A stretch of DNA of 64,000 nucleotides from Patescibacteria group bacterium (GCA_034520665.1 JAXHNJ010000001.1:258579-322578); one strand, 5' to 3'; shown: positions 1 through 9,084, numbered from the stretch's first letter. The notes: generated by a model not told the origin, from the letters alone. Numbers and translations are program-made.

Positions 1-70
1 AATATAAGATCTAATAGAGTAAACCTAGATTTTCAAAATATTATATTATAATAATTAATCAGATAAAATT

Positions 71-439
71 ATGAACATTGAACAAAATCCAGAAAGAATT
101 CAGAAAAAAATGGAGGAAGCAAACGAGGGTGAGAAAAACGAGAGCGAAACCCAAGCTCTTTCGCCTGTTTTAAAGGAAATTAAAGACATGCCTTTAAATT
201 TTAGTGATGAAGAATTCAGAGAAGCGGCTCTTGAGGGCAAAAATGACACAGAAACTTCCCAAGAAGCTTTTGTAAGAACAGTTAAATCTCTTATTGAAGG
301 TAAAGAACCGACAGCTAATACTTGGGGCAGTATGCTTAGAATTTTAGACAGGCCGGCTATGAAAGAGCATCCAAAGCTAGATTTATTTAGAAATGCTATC
401 CATGAATTAGCTGAAAAATACGGAAAGAAGCTAAATTAG
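71..439 (+). CDS. hypothetical protein
   Basis: 122-aa ORF with a charged N-terminus; no tyrosine-recombinase motifs, so it is not the integrase. Confidence 0.7.
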   Translation: MNIEQNPERIQKKMEEANEGEKNESETQALSPVLKEIKDMPLNFSDEEFREAALEGKNDTETSQEAFVRTVKSLIEGKEPTANTWGSMLRILDRPAMKEHPKLDLFRNAIHELAEKYGKKLN

Positions 440-468
440 AAAAGAAAATATAAATTAATCTGGATGAC

Positions 469-641
469 GATTTTCAGGATTTTTTGAGAAAAGGGGAGTA
501 GGAGAAGAGGTTTTTTTATTGGTAAAAAAAATGGTAAACTATAAACAGTATCGGATTAATATAATGGTTTAATAAAACTTCGTATAATAAACAAATTTGA
601 GGTGATTATACGAAATCAATTCGTATAATTACGAGTTATCG
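469..641 (+). other. attI-like platform 1
   Basis: GTATAAT-(5 bp TACGA)-GTTATCG simple site (GTT at 635); extra arms ACTTCGTATAA (577) and TTATACGAAAT (606); repeated 4 times. Confidence 0.7.
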
Positions 642-673
642 GAAATAATTTTTTATAACTTAAACCAACTATT

Positions 674-1138
674 ATGAATAATCAACAAGATTTGACAATT
701 TTATTAGAAGAGACTTTTCTCAACATTAGAGTTGCAATATTATTAGAAACACCTAGCGGATTTGTTTTTGAGAAATCAAAAGACGGATATATATTTTTAT
801 TGGGCGGAAGAGTTAAATTAAATGAAACAACCCAAGAGGCAGCCTCAAGAGAAATGTTTGAAGAATTAAAATTGGAAAATATAGACATTGAGATGATTTC
901 GGTTATCGAGAATTTTTTTTCAACAGCTGATAATAAAAATATCCACGAAATTAACTTTGTTTATAAAGCAACTCTTCCGCAGTCCATTGATTTAAGTATT
1001 TTTACATCGGACAATGGCAATAACGGTTATTGTTATATTAAAATGGATAAATTTGACAAGCATGATATCAGACCAAAGATTATTAAGGAATTTCTCAAAA
1101 ACAAAAAATCATTTGTACATCTAATAACCCGCGAATAA
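674..1138 (+). CDS. NUDIX hydrolase (cassette 1)
   Basis: Nudix box GGRVKLNETTQEAASREMFEEL. Confidence 0.85.
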   Translation: MNNQQDLTILLEETFLNIRVAILLETPSGFVFEKSKDGYIFLLGGRVKLNETTQEAASREMFEELKLENIDIEMISVIENFFSTADNKNIHEINFVYKATLPQSIDLSIFTSDNGNNGYCYIKMDKFDKHDIRPKIIKEFLKNKKSFVHLITRE

Positions 1139-1148
1139 AAATTACATC

Positions 1149-1293
1149 CGATAACAAAGGATATGAGGTTCAAGAAATTCGGCACAAAATATTACCCAAA
1201 GGATGCCAAATTTCTTTCTCTCAAATTTACAAAAATTCAAAATTAATATTCAAAGGTATTTTTGTAAACATCGCATATCCAGAAACGTTATAA
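1149..1293 (+). other. attC-like site
   Basis: CGATAAC..GGATATGAGGTT / AACATCGCATATCC..GTTATAA (GTT at 1287). Confidence 0.8.
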
Positions 1294-1378
1294 TAAATTT
1301 TGAAATAAGCCAAAAAGCCAATGAAGCAAAAAGCCCCATTCGATAAATTAATAAACTTTAATTATTTTTATAAATAAT

Positions 1379-1996
1379 ATGGAAAAGAAAATTCAGATAT
1401 TTATTATTCATGGTGGAATGACTTTCAAAAACAAGACAGACTATTTGCATTATTTAAAAACCAGAAAAATTTTAATTGAGAAAAAAATCCGTTGGACTGA
1501 TGAATTTTTAAAAAAGAATTTAGATAATAATTTTGAAATTATCAAACCACGTATGCCTTTGCAAGATAATGCCAAATATGAAGAATGGAAAATTCATTTT
1601 GAAAGACATATTCCTTGTTTGAAGAATAACATTATATTAATCGGTTCATGCTTAGGAGGAATTTTTCTCGCAAAATACCTGTCTGAAAATAAATTTCCTA
1701 AGAAAATTCTTTCAATTTACTTAATAGCGACTCCCTTTGATGGTTCAAACAGAAAATATATCTCAGGAAAGTTTAATTTAAAATCGGACTTGTCTTTATT
1801 GGAGAAAAATTCCAAAAATCTATATCTAATGTTTTCTAAAGACGATGATGTTGTTCCAGTTTCTCATGCTGAAAAATTCAGAAAAAAACTAAAAAATGCA
1901 AATATAGTAATTTACGAAAGTAAAAATGGCCATTTCAATGTATCTGAATTTCCTGAAATAATAAAAATGATTAAAACAGATGTTAAAAAGAAGTAG
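1379..1996 (+). CDS. RBBP9/YdeN-like alpha/beta hydrolase (cassette 2)
   Basis: IIHGG, IGSCLGG nucleophile elbow (Cys at the usual Ser position), DDDVVP, GHF. Confidence 0.8.
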   Translation: MEKKIQIFIIHGGMTFKNKTDYLHYLKTRKILIEKKIRWTDEFLKKNLDNNFEIIKPRMPLQDNAKYEEWKIHFERHIPCLKNNIILIGSCLGGIFLAKYLSENKFPKKILSIYLIATPFDGSNRKYISGKFNLKSDLSLLEKNSKNLYLMFSKDDDVVPVSHAEKFRKKLKNANIVIYESKNGHFNVSEFPEIIKMIKTDVKKK

Positions 1997-2084
1997 GTCT
2001 TCTTGCTGTTTCTCTATGACGGCTTATTTCAAAACTCTGAAATTTTTCTTTGGAACGTTGCACTAAATTTCAGCCCTTCGGGGA

Positions 2085-2201
2085 ATATAACAAGGATTTA
2101 GAAGTTTCGTTCGGTTTCACCTCACTACAACCAAATTTTGCTTCCTCTATTGGTAAAAATAAGGAAGTCGGCAAAACTTCTCATACACGCGAACGTTGGC
2201 T
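2085..2201 (+). other. attC-like site
   Basis: ATATAAC ... AAAACTTCTCATACACGCGAAC GTTGGCT (GTT at 2195). Confidence 0.75.
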
Positions 2202-2220
2202 GACATTCATTTTTATCAAT

Positions 2221-2659
2221 ATGCAAACACGTGAAGAAACAAAATCTTTTCTCGAAAAAAAATATCCAGAAATTATGAATTCTACTGGTAAAAATTGGGA
2301 TGTAAAAGATGATAAACTAAAAGAGCGGGTATTAGAAAGGTTGACTGATTATTTTCACCCGATAATTGTCAAAAACTTAAAGTCCATTGAAAATACTTTA
2401 GGAAGAGTGAATCAGCGTCGCGAGAATTTTACATTCTTATTTATAGGCGCACTTTTAGGTGTCGTAGGTGGCTTAGTTGCAAATATATTGCATGATTTAC
2501 TAATAAGATTTTCACTAAAATATTATATTATTATCGCTTCAATTATTTTTTTAGCGGTACTTTTGTCTAGTCTTTTATATATTAACTATAAAAAATAACA
2601 TGTCTATACAAAATAACAAAATATTGAATGAATTTCTGGAATATATTAAAAAAAAGTGA
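2221..2659 (+). pseudogene. two-TM membrane protein, probable frameshift near 3' end (cassette 3)
   Basis: ATG 2221 lies just after the core site; in-frame stop at 2598, but removing one A from the A6 run at 2590-2595 extends the frame to TGA 2657-2659 abutting the attC. Confidence 0.55.
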
Positions 2660-2664
2660 ACGGC

Positions 2665-2794
2665 AGCTAACAGCGTGTATGAGGTTCAAGAAAAAGTGCG
2701 TTAATAATTTGAAAGAAAACGCTACGAGGGACGCTGCGCTTTCGCTCCACTCCGCTTCGCTCCGCAAAACATCAGATATAGGCAAACCTTGCGC
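2665..2794 (+). other. attC-like site with degenerate core (CTT instead of GTT)
   Basis: AGCTAAC AGCGTGTATGAGGTT ... AAACATCAGATATAGGCAAAC CTTGCGC. Confidence 0.7.
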
Positions 2795-2989
2795 CAGGCC
2801 TCATTTCTTACCAAGAGGATTTTCAGGATTTTTTGAGAAAAGGGGAGTAGGAGAAAAGGTTTTTTTATGGGTAAAAAAAATGGTAAACTATAAACAGTGT
2901 CGGATTATATAATGGTTTAATAAAACTTCGTATAATAAACAAATTTGAGGTGATTATACGAAATCAATTCGTATAATAACTAGTTGTAC
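2788..2989 (+). other. attI-like platform 2 (with right half-site of unit 1)
   Basis: Near-identical to 469-641 from 2818; GTT at 2983. Confidence 0.7.
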
Positions 2990-3009
2990 GAAATTGTTCT
3001 AATTTTCTA

Positions 3010-3249
3010 GTGGTACCTATAGATTTTGATGTGTCAGTAAACAGATACCTGTCAATAGGGTATTTAGCAAAAAAAGAAAGTGCGGAGTTGAAACATTCGT
3101 TGTGGGCATTACAAAGTCCCGAAAACCTAAAAAAACATCATAAAGTTTTTGAGGAGAAATTTGAGTACTTCCGAAAAGTAGGACATAAGGCAAATGTTAA
3201 CGCGGTGAAAGAGTGGTGGGATCAAAAACTTAAGGAATTAAAAAATTAG
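3010..3249 (+). CDS. hypothetical protein, possibly 5'-truncated (cassette 4)
   Basis: 79-aa GTG-start ORF filling the space between the core site and attC; the stop overlaps the cassette inverted repeat. Confidence 0.5.
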   Translation: MVPIDFDVSVNRYLSIGYLAKKESAELKHSLWALQSPENLKKHHKVFEEKFEYFRKVGHKANVNAVKEWWDQKLKELKN

Positions 3250-3258
3250 AACAACATC

Positions 3259-3457
3259 GCACAACACCAAATATCTGGCTTGAAAATTTTTCAGTTATTA
3301 GAAAAAACAAGGAGTGAAAAATTTCCGCGCCTAAATTTCGCACTTTTCCGTTTAGTGGTAATTTAGAGTATAATTAATTTAACAATATAATCAGAATATC
3401 AAAGTTTTTAGCACATAAACCAAAGCGCGAAACTTCAGATATTCGGATACGTTATAC
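3259..3457 (+). other. long attC-like site (~200 bp)
   Basis: GCACAAC..AATATCTGG / CAGATATTCGGATAC GTTATAC, with two internal hairpins. Confidence 0.75.
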
Positions 3458-3489
3458 GCAATTCAGAATTTTATTTTCAAACAATCACA

Positions 3490-3966
3490 ATGATAAAAAT
3501 AATATATGCAACAATTGAAGATTATGATGACTTTCTTGATGTATTCAAGGAGATTGAAGAATATCATAGAGTAAATGCTTCTTGGAAATTTCAAAAACCT
3601 AAACCTGAATTATTTCCAAGAGATTATTTTCATAAAGTAATTGAAGATGAAAATGGTATATTTTTTTTAGCCAAGGATAATACTAAAATTGTTGGTTATT
3701 TAACAGCTTTTGAAGAAAAATCTCCTGATAGGTCCATGTTAAAACTGAGAAAATATATACAGATAGATGATTTATCTGTAAGAAGCGATTATAGAAAAAA
3801 AGGTATCGGTACTTTACTAATGGATAAACTTGAAGAATTGGCTAAAAAAAATAAAATCTATGAAGTGGAGCTTAATGTATGGTGTTTTAACAAAGGTGCA
3901 ATAAAGTTTTATGAAAATAAAGGATATGAATCATTTACTCAGAAAATGAGGAAAGTTTTAAAATAA
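3490..3966 (+). CDS. GNAT acetyltransferase (cassette 5)
   Basis: LSVRSDYRKKGIGTLLM motif A; NKGAIKFYENKGY. Confidence 0.9.
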   Translation: MIKIIYATIEDYDDFLDVFKEIEEYHRVNASWKFQKPKPELFPRDYFHKVIEDENGIFFLAKDNTKIVGYLTAFEEKSPDRSMLKLRKYIQIDDLSVRSDYRKKGIGTLLMDKLEELAKKNKIYEVELNVWCFNKGAIKFYENKGYESFTQKMRKVLK

Positions 3967-4001
3967 AATTTTGAACTTCTCGCTATCGCTCCGTTCGGCT
4001 C

Positions 4002-4093
4002 GCTTAACAGAAGTATATGCGGTTTGCTCGTTGCCCTTTGCTTTCCCAAATTCTTCACCACGTTTGAAATTTACCTTAAGCCCGATATTAGAT
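4002..4093 (+). other. degenerate attC-like site (ATT core)
   Basis: GCTTAAC..GTATATGCGGTTT ... CCCAAATT ... ATTAGAT. Confidence 0.55.
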
Positions 4094-4121
4094 CTAATTT
4101 ACAAAACAATTTTTAAATTAT

Positions 4122-4952
4122 ATGGAAAAAAATCTAGAACAATCACAATCTACTAAAAAAATGGAAAAGCCGGAAGATTGGCTGCCAGGGGGGACTGAGC
4201 AAGAACAATATCTCAAAGAACATAAGGAATGGCGGGGTTTAGAAAAACGATTAGGGCAACCGAGGATATTAAATAATGTTTATTTCCCGGAAATTTTAGC
4301 TTGGATTCAAGAAGAATTTAAAGATAATCCTGATGCTTTTTCTTATTTCGAGGCAGGCTGTGGCCACGGAAATGATTTTCGAACCATAAGAAAAGAGCTT
4401 AAGGCTAGAGGCCGCTATCTCGGCGTTGATATGAGTAAGGCAGAAATCATTCACGGGATGAAATTTTATAAAGACGCGGAGGAAGCAAGAAAATTATTTG
4501 CTCAAGGTGATCTTCGTAATTTAAGACATGTTAATATTTGGGATAGGGGAAAAAGAGATTTTTCTCAACCTGTGGAAATTAAAGATGGCGAATTTGATCT
4601 TATCTATATGGAGGCGGTGTTACACGGACTTGGTTATAGTAAAAAAACCTTTCAAGAGAAAAAGGAATCAGCCCAACAGATGCTTAATGAATTATATCGT
4701 ATTTGTAAAGCTGGAGGAAAATTTTTTGGACGAGCCTCCATATTTGGCTCCACCATTACAAAAGAAAAACAATTTGAACTTCTGCGCAAGACAAATAATT
4801 GGCGCTTCATTCCTGAAGCTGAAGAATTTAAAGAAATACTTAAAAAAGCAGGGTTTACAAATATTAAAGGGGCATTGACTCCACATGAAAAAGCAAAAGA
4901 GGATCCAAATAAAAAAGATATTCTGCGATTTTCTTTTTTAGCTGAAAAATAA
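4122..4952 (+). CDS. class I SAM-dependent methyltransferase (cassette 6)
   Basis: FEAGCGHG motif I, GVDMS, FDLIY..AVLH, ELYRICKAGG. Confidence 0.9.
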   Translation: MEKNLEQSQSTKKMEKPEDWLPGGTEQEQYLKEHKEWRGLEKRLGQPRILNNVYFPEILAWIQEEFKDNPDAFSYFEAGCGHGNDFRTIRKELKARGRYLGVDMSKAEIIHGMKFYKDAEEARKLFAQGDLRNLRHVNIWDRGKRDFSQPVEIKDGEFDLIYMEAVLHGLGYSKKTFQEKKESAQQMLNELYRICKAGGKFFGRASIFGSTITKEKQFELLRKTNNWRFIPEAEEFKEILKKAGFTNIKGALTPHEKAKEDPNKKDILRFSFLAEK

Positions 4953-4987
4953 TTTTTTCAGATTAAAAAATGTATTTTGCAAACAGT

Positions 4988-5073
4988 ACATAACAAGGTA
5001 TATCTGGTTTCGCTTCTCCTAAGGTTGTCCCTTGATATAAATTTAATACTTCAGATATACGCGAACGTTAATT
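4988..5073 (+). other. attC-like site
   Basis: ACATAAC AAGGTATATCTGG / CAGATATACGCGAAC GTTAATT. Confidence 0.8.
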
Positions 5074-5134
5074 GCAATTTAGTTTAGGACTTTCTGACAT
5101 AAAATTTATATAATACATAACCCATTTTTTTCTT

Positions 5135-5608
5135 ATGAAGTTTAGAAAATTTAAGAAGAGTGATATTAGACAGATTGCAAAAATTAAGAATTCTGTTTTT
5201 AGTAGTTTCAATAAATCAGAATATTTTGAAAAAGGAACCGTTTCAAAATATTTAAATTACACCAATTCAAAAAAGTCAGACAAAGAACTCCTTGAAGCAT
5301 TTAAGATAACTAAGGATTCTATTTTTTATGTTGCTGAAGAAAATGATAAAATTTTCGGATATATCAAAGGAAGAAAAAATAGAATCGGGAATTTGTTTGT
5401 TCTTGGTCAAAACCATAAAAAAGGGATTGGTAGAAAATTAGTTAATTTATTTGAAAAAGAAGCAGAAAAACAGAACTCTAAAGAAATTAAGATTCACTCT
5501 TCAATTTATGCAGTTCCTTTCTATCAAAAAAGGGGTTATAAGAAAACTACTGGAATTAGAAATCTTCATGGCTTGAAGATTCAACCAATGAAAAAAGTCC
5601 TAAACTAG
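5135..5608 (+). CDS. GNAT acetyltransferase (cassette 7)
   Basis: LFVLGQNHKKGIGRKLV; AVPFYQKRGY. Confidence 0.9.
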   Translation: MKFRKFKKSDIRQIAKIKNSVFSSFNKSEYFEKGTVSKYLNYTNSKKSDKELLEAFKITKDSIFYVAEENDKIFGYIKGRKNRIGNLFVLGQNHKKGIGRKLVNLFEKEAEKQNSKEIKIHSSIYAVPFYQKRGYKKTTGIRNLHGLKIQPMKKVLN

Positions 5609-5670
5609 ACTTCTTCGAAATTTTTTCAGAATTCCTCGACCCCGCTGCGCTCTCGCCTATGGCTCGGGGT

Positions 5671-5757
5671 AATTAACAGGATTTTAACGGAAAAATACTC
5701 GGCTCGCATTTTCCCAAATCGCCTACGGCAAAACTTCTCTAAATCCTGAAGTTGTGC
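5671..5757 (+). other. attC-like site
   Basis: AATTAAC AGGATTT ... AAATCCTGAA GTTGTGC. Confidence 0.75.
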
Positions 5758-5910
5758 AAGACCCCATTTCTTGCCAAGAGGATTTTCAGGATTTTTTGAG
5801 AAAAGGGGAGTAGGGGAAGAGGTTTTTTATTGGTAAAAAAAATGGTAAACTATAGACAGTATCGGATTATATAATGGTTTAATAAAACTTCGTATAATAA
5901 CGAGTTAAGT
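5751..5910 (+). other. attI-like platform 3 (internal deletion between TTCGTATAAT repeats)
   Basis: Same platform sequence from 5781; only one arm remains before GTT 5904. Confidence 0.7.
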
Positions 5911-5993
5911 GAAATTGAGAATTTGTCCTATGAGATTTAAATGGGCACGATTTTTTCCGAAAACTTTATATCACTACATACTTTTATTAATTT

Positions 5994-6470
5994 ATGATGG
6001 ACATAATCAAAATAAGCGAAGATTTCGCAAAAAAAGAATATGCAAAGCATGATGAACTTCACCAATGGAATCATGTTGAAGATGTGATGAATGTGGCTTT
6101 GAAATTATCCGAGTTTCATCCAGAAGCAAATTTAGAAATTTTAAAACTTGCTGTTATCTTTCATGATATTAGTTATGAACAATATGAAACTCATGTTGAA
6201 GAGTCCATGAAAGTAGCAGAAAAATTTCTAAAAGAGCAGGATTATCCGGAAGATAGAATCAAGAAAGTTTTGCAAGTGATGATTTCTCATTCTGGCCCTC
6301 ACAGAAGAAAACTCGGTGAAGCAAAAATGATTGAGGGAAAAATCATTTATGATTCTGATAAATTCCATCTTGCAAAAACTAGAGAGGGATTTGAAAAATA
6401 TTTTGATAGATTTTATCTGGATGAAACTCGTGATATGATTAAAAAAACGTGCCCTGAATTCTTTAAATAA
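5994..6470 (+). CDS. HD-domain phosphohydrolase (cassette 8)
   Basis: H..H, AVIFHDI, H, DSDK motifs. Confidence 0.85.
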   Translation: MMDIIKISEDFAKKEYAKHDELHQWNHVEDVMNVALKLSEFHPEANLEILKLAVIFHDISYEQYETHVEESMKVAEKFLKEQDYPEDRIKKVLQVMISHSGPHRRKLGEAKMIEGKIIYDSDKFHLAKTREGFEKYFDRFYLDETRDMIKKTCPEFFK

Positions 6471-6548
6471 ATGTAAACTTGACGGACAAATTCTCAACTT
6501 GCTCACTATCGTTCGCACCACGCTGCGCTCTCACTTCGTTCGACCCTC

Positions 6549-6644
6549 ATTTAACAAGGGATAAAAGGAAAATTGCTCGGCTCGCAATTTTCCCAAATTT
6601 TCTCCACTACGTTCTGAAAACTTCTTTTATCCCTGATGTTATAT
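6549..6644 (+). other. attC-like site
   Basis: ATTTAAC AAGGGATAAAAG / CTTTTATCCCTGAT GTTATAT. Confidence 0.8.
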
Positions 6645-6708
6645 GAAATAAATTTTGGCGCGCTAGAAAAAAACCTTAATAAACAAATTCCCCCTAAGTA
6701 TTATTAAC

Positions 6709-7368
6709 ATGAAAAAATCTAAACTTCTCTGGTATATTTTAACAATAGTCCCAATCGCATTATTAATTCTTGGATATATTTTTCCCTCATCATTCTTTGG
6801 AAGTCAAGAGGCAATTAGAGATTTTGTTTCTCAATTTGGAATTTTTGCCCCTCTTGCCTTCATTGTGCTTCAAATCCTGCAAGTTGTAGTAACGCCCCTT
6901 AGTCATTATACTGTTTCAATAGCGGGCGGATTTATTTTTGGAACATGGCAAGGTTTTATTTATAATTGGATTGGTAGAGTAATTGGAACAGCAATCGCTT
7001 TTTATCTTGCTCGAATTTTTGGAAGAAAAATTATTAAGCATCTTGTTAAAAAAGAAACTATCCAAAAATACGATTATATATTTGAAAAAGGAAAACTCTT
7101 ACTGTTCTTAGCATATTTCTTGCCATTGTTCCCAGATGATGAACTTTCATATCTTGCAGGACTTTCAGCAATTAGTCCAAGAATCTTTTTACCTTTAATG
7201 GCGATTGGGCATATTAGTGGAAGTTTAAGTTTAGCTTACATCGGCAACGGGATACAATCTTTCAAAGAGCCGATGTTTATAATACTCTCATTAATAACTT
7301 TAATTGGGGGAATTTGGTTTGCATGGCATTATCAAAAAGTTAAAAATAATGCTAATACCAAAGTGTAA
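6709..7368 (+). CDS. TVP38/TMEM64 (VTT/DedA) membrane protein (cassette 9)
   Basis: Hydrophobic; GGFIFG..G, LPLFPDDELSYLAGL motifs. Confidence 0.85.
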   Translation: MKKSKLLWYILTIVPIALLILGYIFPSSFFGSQEAIRDFVSQFGIFAPLAFIVLQILQVVVTPLSHYTVSIAGGFIFGTWQGFIYNWIGRVIGTAIAFYLARIFGRKIIKHLVKKETIQKYDYIFEKGKLLLFLAYFLPLFPDDELSYLAGLSAISPRIFLPLMAIGHISGSLSLAYIGNGIQSFKEPMFIILSLITLIGGIWFAWHYQKVKNNANTKV

Positions 7369-7564
7369 GATGCGCGCCAAAATTTATTTCACAAAACGGG
7401 CGGGCAAGGAGTTAGAAGAACAAGCTAGAAAAAATCTTAAAAGAGAATTAGCAATGTTGTCGTAAAAATTTTTCTTAACATCAACTAATACTGTGTATCT
7501 GGTTCCACAAATGAGAAATAATTGATTATTTTTTACATTCTTGGTTGCCCTTTTACAATTTTAT

Positions 7565-7607
7565 AAAAGAGAAAGGCCGAGTCCCGCAAATCTGCGAAAC
7601 CCGGCCG
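7565..7607 (-). terminator. intrinsic terminator
   Basis: Minus strand GGCCGGGTTTCGCA-loop-TGCGGGACTCGGCC then TTTCTCTTTT. Confidence 0.7.
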
Positions 7608-7627
7608 AATGGATGGGGGCGGGGCTT

Positions 7628-7798
7628 TCAATACCAGCCCGCGTCTCCTGCTTCCTTAATTTGCTGCGCCTTGGTCTTTACTTCCTGAAGAGCCTTAAGC
7701 ACCTTTGGGTCGTCCTTGTACTTCTCATCGAGTTGGTTGAGGAGATACAGGATTTCCCCTGCTGCCGTGGATGCTCCTACTCCGCTAATCATATTCAT
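7628..7798 (-). CDS. 56-aa hypothetical protein (not in ORF track): MNMISGVGASTAAGEILYLLNQLDEKYKDDPKVLKALQEVKTKAQQIKEAGDAGWY
   Basis: GGAGGT RBS at 7804-7809; upstream TTGACA-17-TAGGAT promoter; downstream terminator. Confidence 0.75.
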   Translation of the reverse strand: MNMISGVGASTAAGEILYLLNQLDEKYKDDPKVLKALQEVKTKAQQIKEAGDAGWY

Positions 7799-7826
7799 TG
7801 CGCACCTCCAATGTTCACGACATATT

Positions 7827-7855
7827 ATCCTAGCAGATTATGCCCTGCCTGTCAA
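7827..7855 (-). promoter_or_regulatory. sigma70-type promoter
   Basis: TTGACA ggcagggcataatctgc TAGGAT on the minus strand. Confidence 0.7.
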
Positions 7856-8095
7856 GCTAACAAATCTTTAAAAATTGTAAAAATCCCTAAAGTTAGGGTA
7901 TAATAATAAAGAATTTCTCATTTGTTCCACCTAAATTCTCATTTCGTATTGTGCTGGCGCTCTGCGCAATTTTATCACCTACATACACTCGTGACTTCGC
8001 ATACGCATGTCTGTTAGATGAAATAATAAAAAAATTCTTAACTATTGATAAATAATAAAATTTAACAATAATATTAACACTAGCAATACAAACTT

Positions 8096-8311
8096 ATGAA
8101 AAATTTTGAAAAAAACATTGGCCAAGGAGAAAGTTTATTAGAATTAGCCGCAAAAAAACTTAATTTAGATCCAAAAAACACCTCGTTAAATGAAGTAGAG
8201 GCAGTTATGCTTGGATTGCCAAAAGAAAGTTCCGTTTATGAGGTTGAAAAAGCAAAAGAGGATCCAAATAAAAAAGATATTCTGCGATTTTCTTTTTTAG
8301 CTGAAAAATAA
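8096..8311 (+). pseudogene. chimeric cassette ORF (novel N-terminus fused to methyltransferase C-terminus)
   Basis: From 8245 it is identical to 4886 onward (EKAKEDPNKKDILRFSFLAEK). Confidence 0.7.
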
Positions 8312-8346
8312 TTTTTTCAGATTAAAAAATGTATTTTGCAAACAGT

Positions 8347-8432
8347 ACATAACAAGGTATATCTGGTTTCGCTTCTCCTAAGGTTGTCCCTTGATATAAA
8401 TTTAATACTTCAGATATACGCGAACGTTAATT
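8347..8432 (+). other. attC-like site (copy of 4988-5073)
   Basis: Identical sequence by eye. Confidence 0.8.
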
Positions 8433-8493
8433 GCAATTTAGTTTAGGACTTTCTGACATAAAATTTATATAATACATAACCCATTTTTTTCTT

Positions 8494-8967
8494 ATGAAGT
8501 TTAGAAAATTTAAGAAGAGTGATATTAGACAGATTGCAAAAATTAAGAATTCTGTTTTTAGTAGTTTCAATAAATCAGAATATTTTGAAAAAGGAACCGT
8601 TTCAAAATATTTAAATTACACCAATCCAAAAAAGTCAGACAAAGAACTCCTTGAAGCATTTAAGATAACTAAGGATTCTATTTTTTATGTTGCTGAAGAA
8701 AATGATAAAATTTTCGGATATATCAAAGGAAGAAAAAATAGAATCGGGAATTTGTTTGTTCTTGGTCAAAACCATAAAAAAGGGATTGGTAGAAAATTAG
8801 TTGATTTATTTGAAAAAGAAGCAGAAAAACAGAACTCTAAAGAAATTAAGATTAACTCTTCAATTTATGCAGTTCCTTTCTATCAAAAAAGGGGTTATAA
8901 GAAAACTACTGGAATTAGAAATCTTCATGGCTTGAAGATTCAACCAATGAAAAAAGTCCTAAACTAA
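8494..8967 (+). CDS. GNAT acetyltransferase, duplicate of 5135-5608
   Basis: Three amino-acid differences from the first copy. Confidence 0.9.
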   Translation: MKFRKFKKSDIRQIAKIKNSVFSSFNKSEYFEKGTVSKYLNYTNPKKSDKELLEAFKITKDSIFYVAEENDKIFGYIKGRKNRIGNLFVLGQNHKKGIGRKLVDLFEKEAEKQNSKEIKINSSIYAVPFYQKRGYKKTTGIRNLHGLKIQPMKKVLN

Positions 8968-9006
8968 ACTTCTTCGAAATTTTTTCAGAATTCCTCGACC
9001 CCGCTG

Positions 9007-9084
9007 CCTGCCCGCCATAGTCTACGGCATCAGGCCTTGGCTCGCCCGCCTGAGTTGCTCAGGCAAGTCGGGCGGCAGGCGGGC
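9007..9084. mobile_element. short palindromic MITE/REP-like insertion
   Basis: CCTGCCCGCC...GGCGGCAGGCGGG is present here but absent at the homologous site near 5648. Confidence 0.75.

Larger units (their letters stand above)
7483..8019 (+). other. giant attC-like site (~540 bp) containing an antisense gene in its loop
   Basis: AACTAAT ACTGTGTATCTGGTTCC; 13-bp stem 7507-7519/7913-7925; CCTAAATT linker; CTTCGCATACGC..GTTAGAT (GTT at 8013). Confidence 0.65.

Noticed and set aside
71-439. Integron integrase upstream of the first attI-like site
   Set aside because: Too short, co-oriented with the cassettes and lacking R-H-R-Y residues; no intI is visible anywhere in the window.
575-640. Engineered loxP site / vector contamination
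   Set aside because: Only half-site similarity, wrong spacer length, and four naturally diverged copies.
2628-2912. ORFs across attC/platform DNA (also 2050-2220, 3971-4156, 10970-11377)
   Set aside because: They translate palindromic recombination sites or alternative frames; no protein-like features.
7541-7903. 120-aa + strand ORF from the track
   Set aside because: Shadow of the minus-strand 56-aa gene, which has RBS, promoter and terminator.
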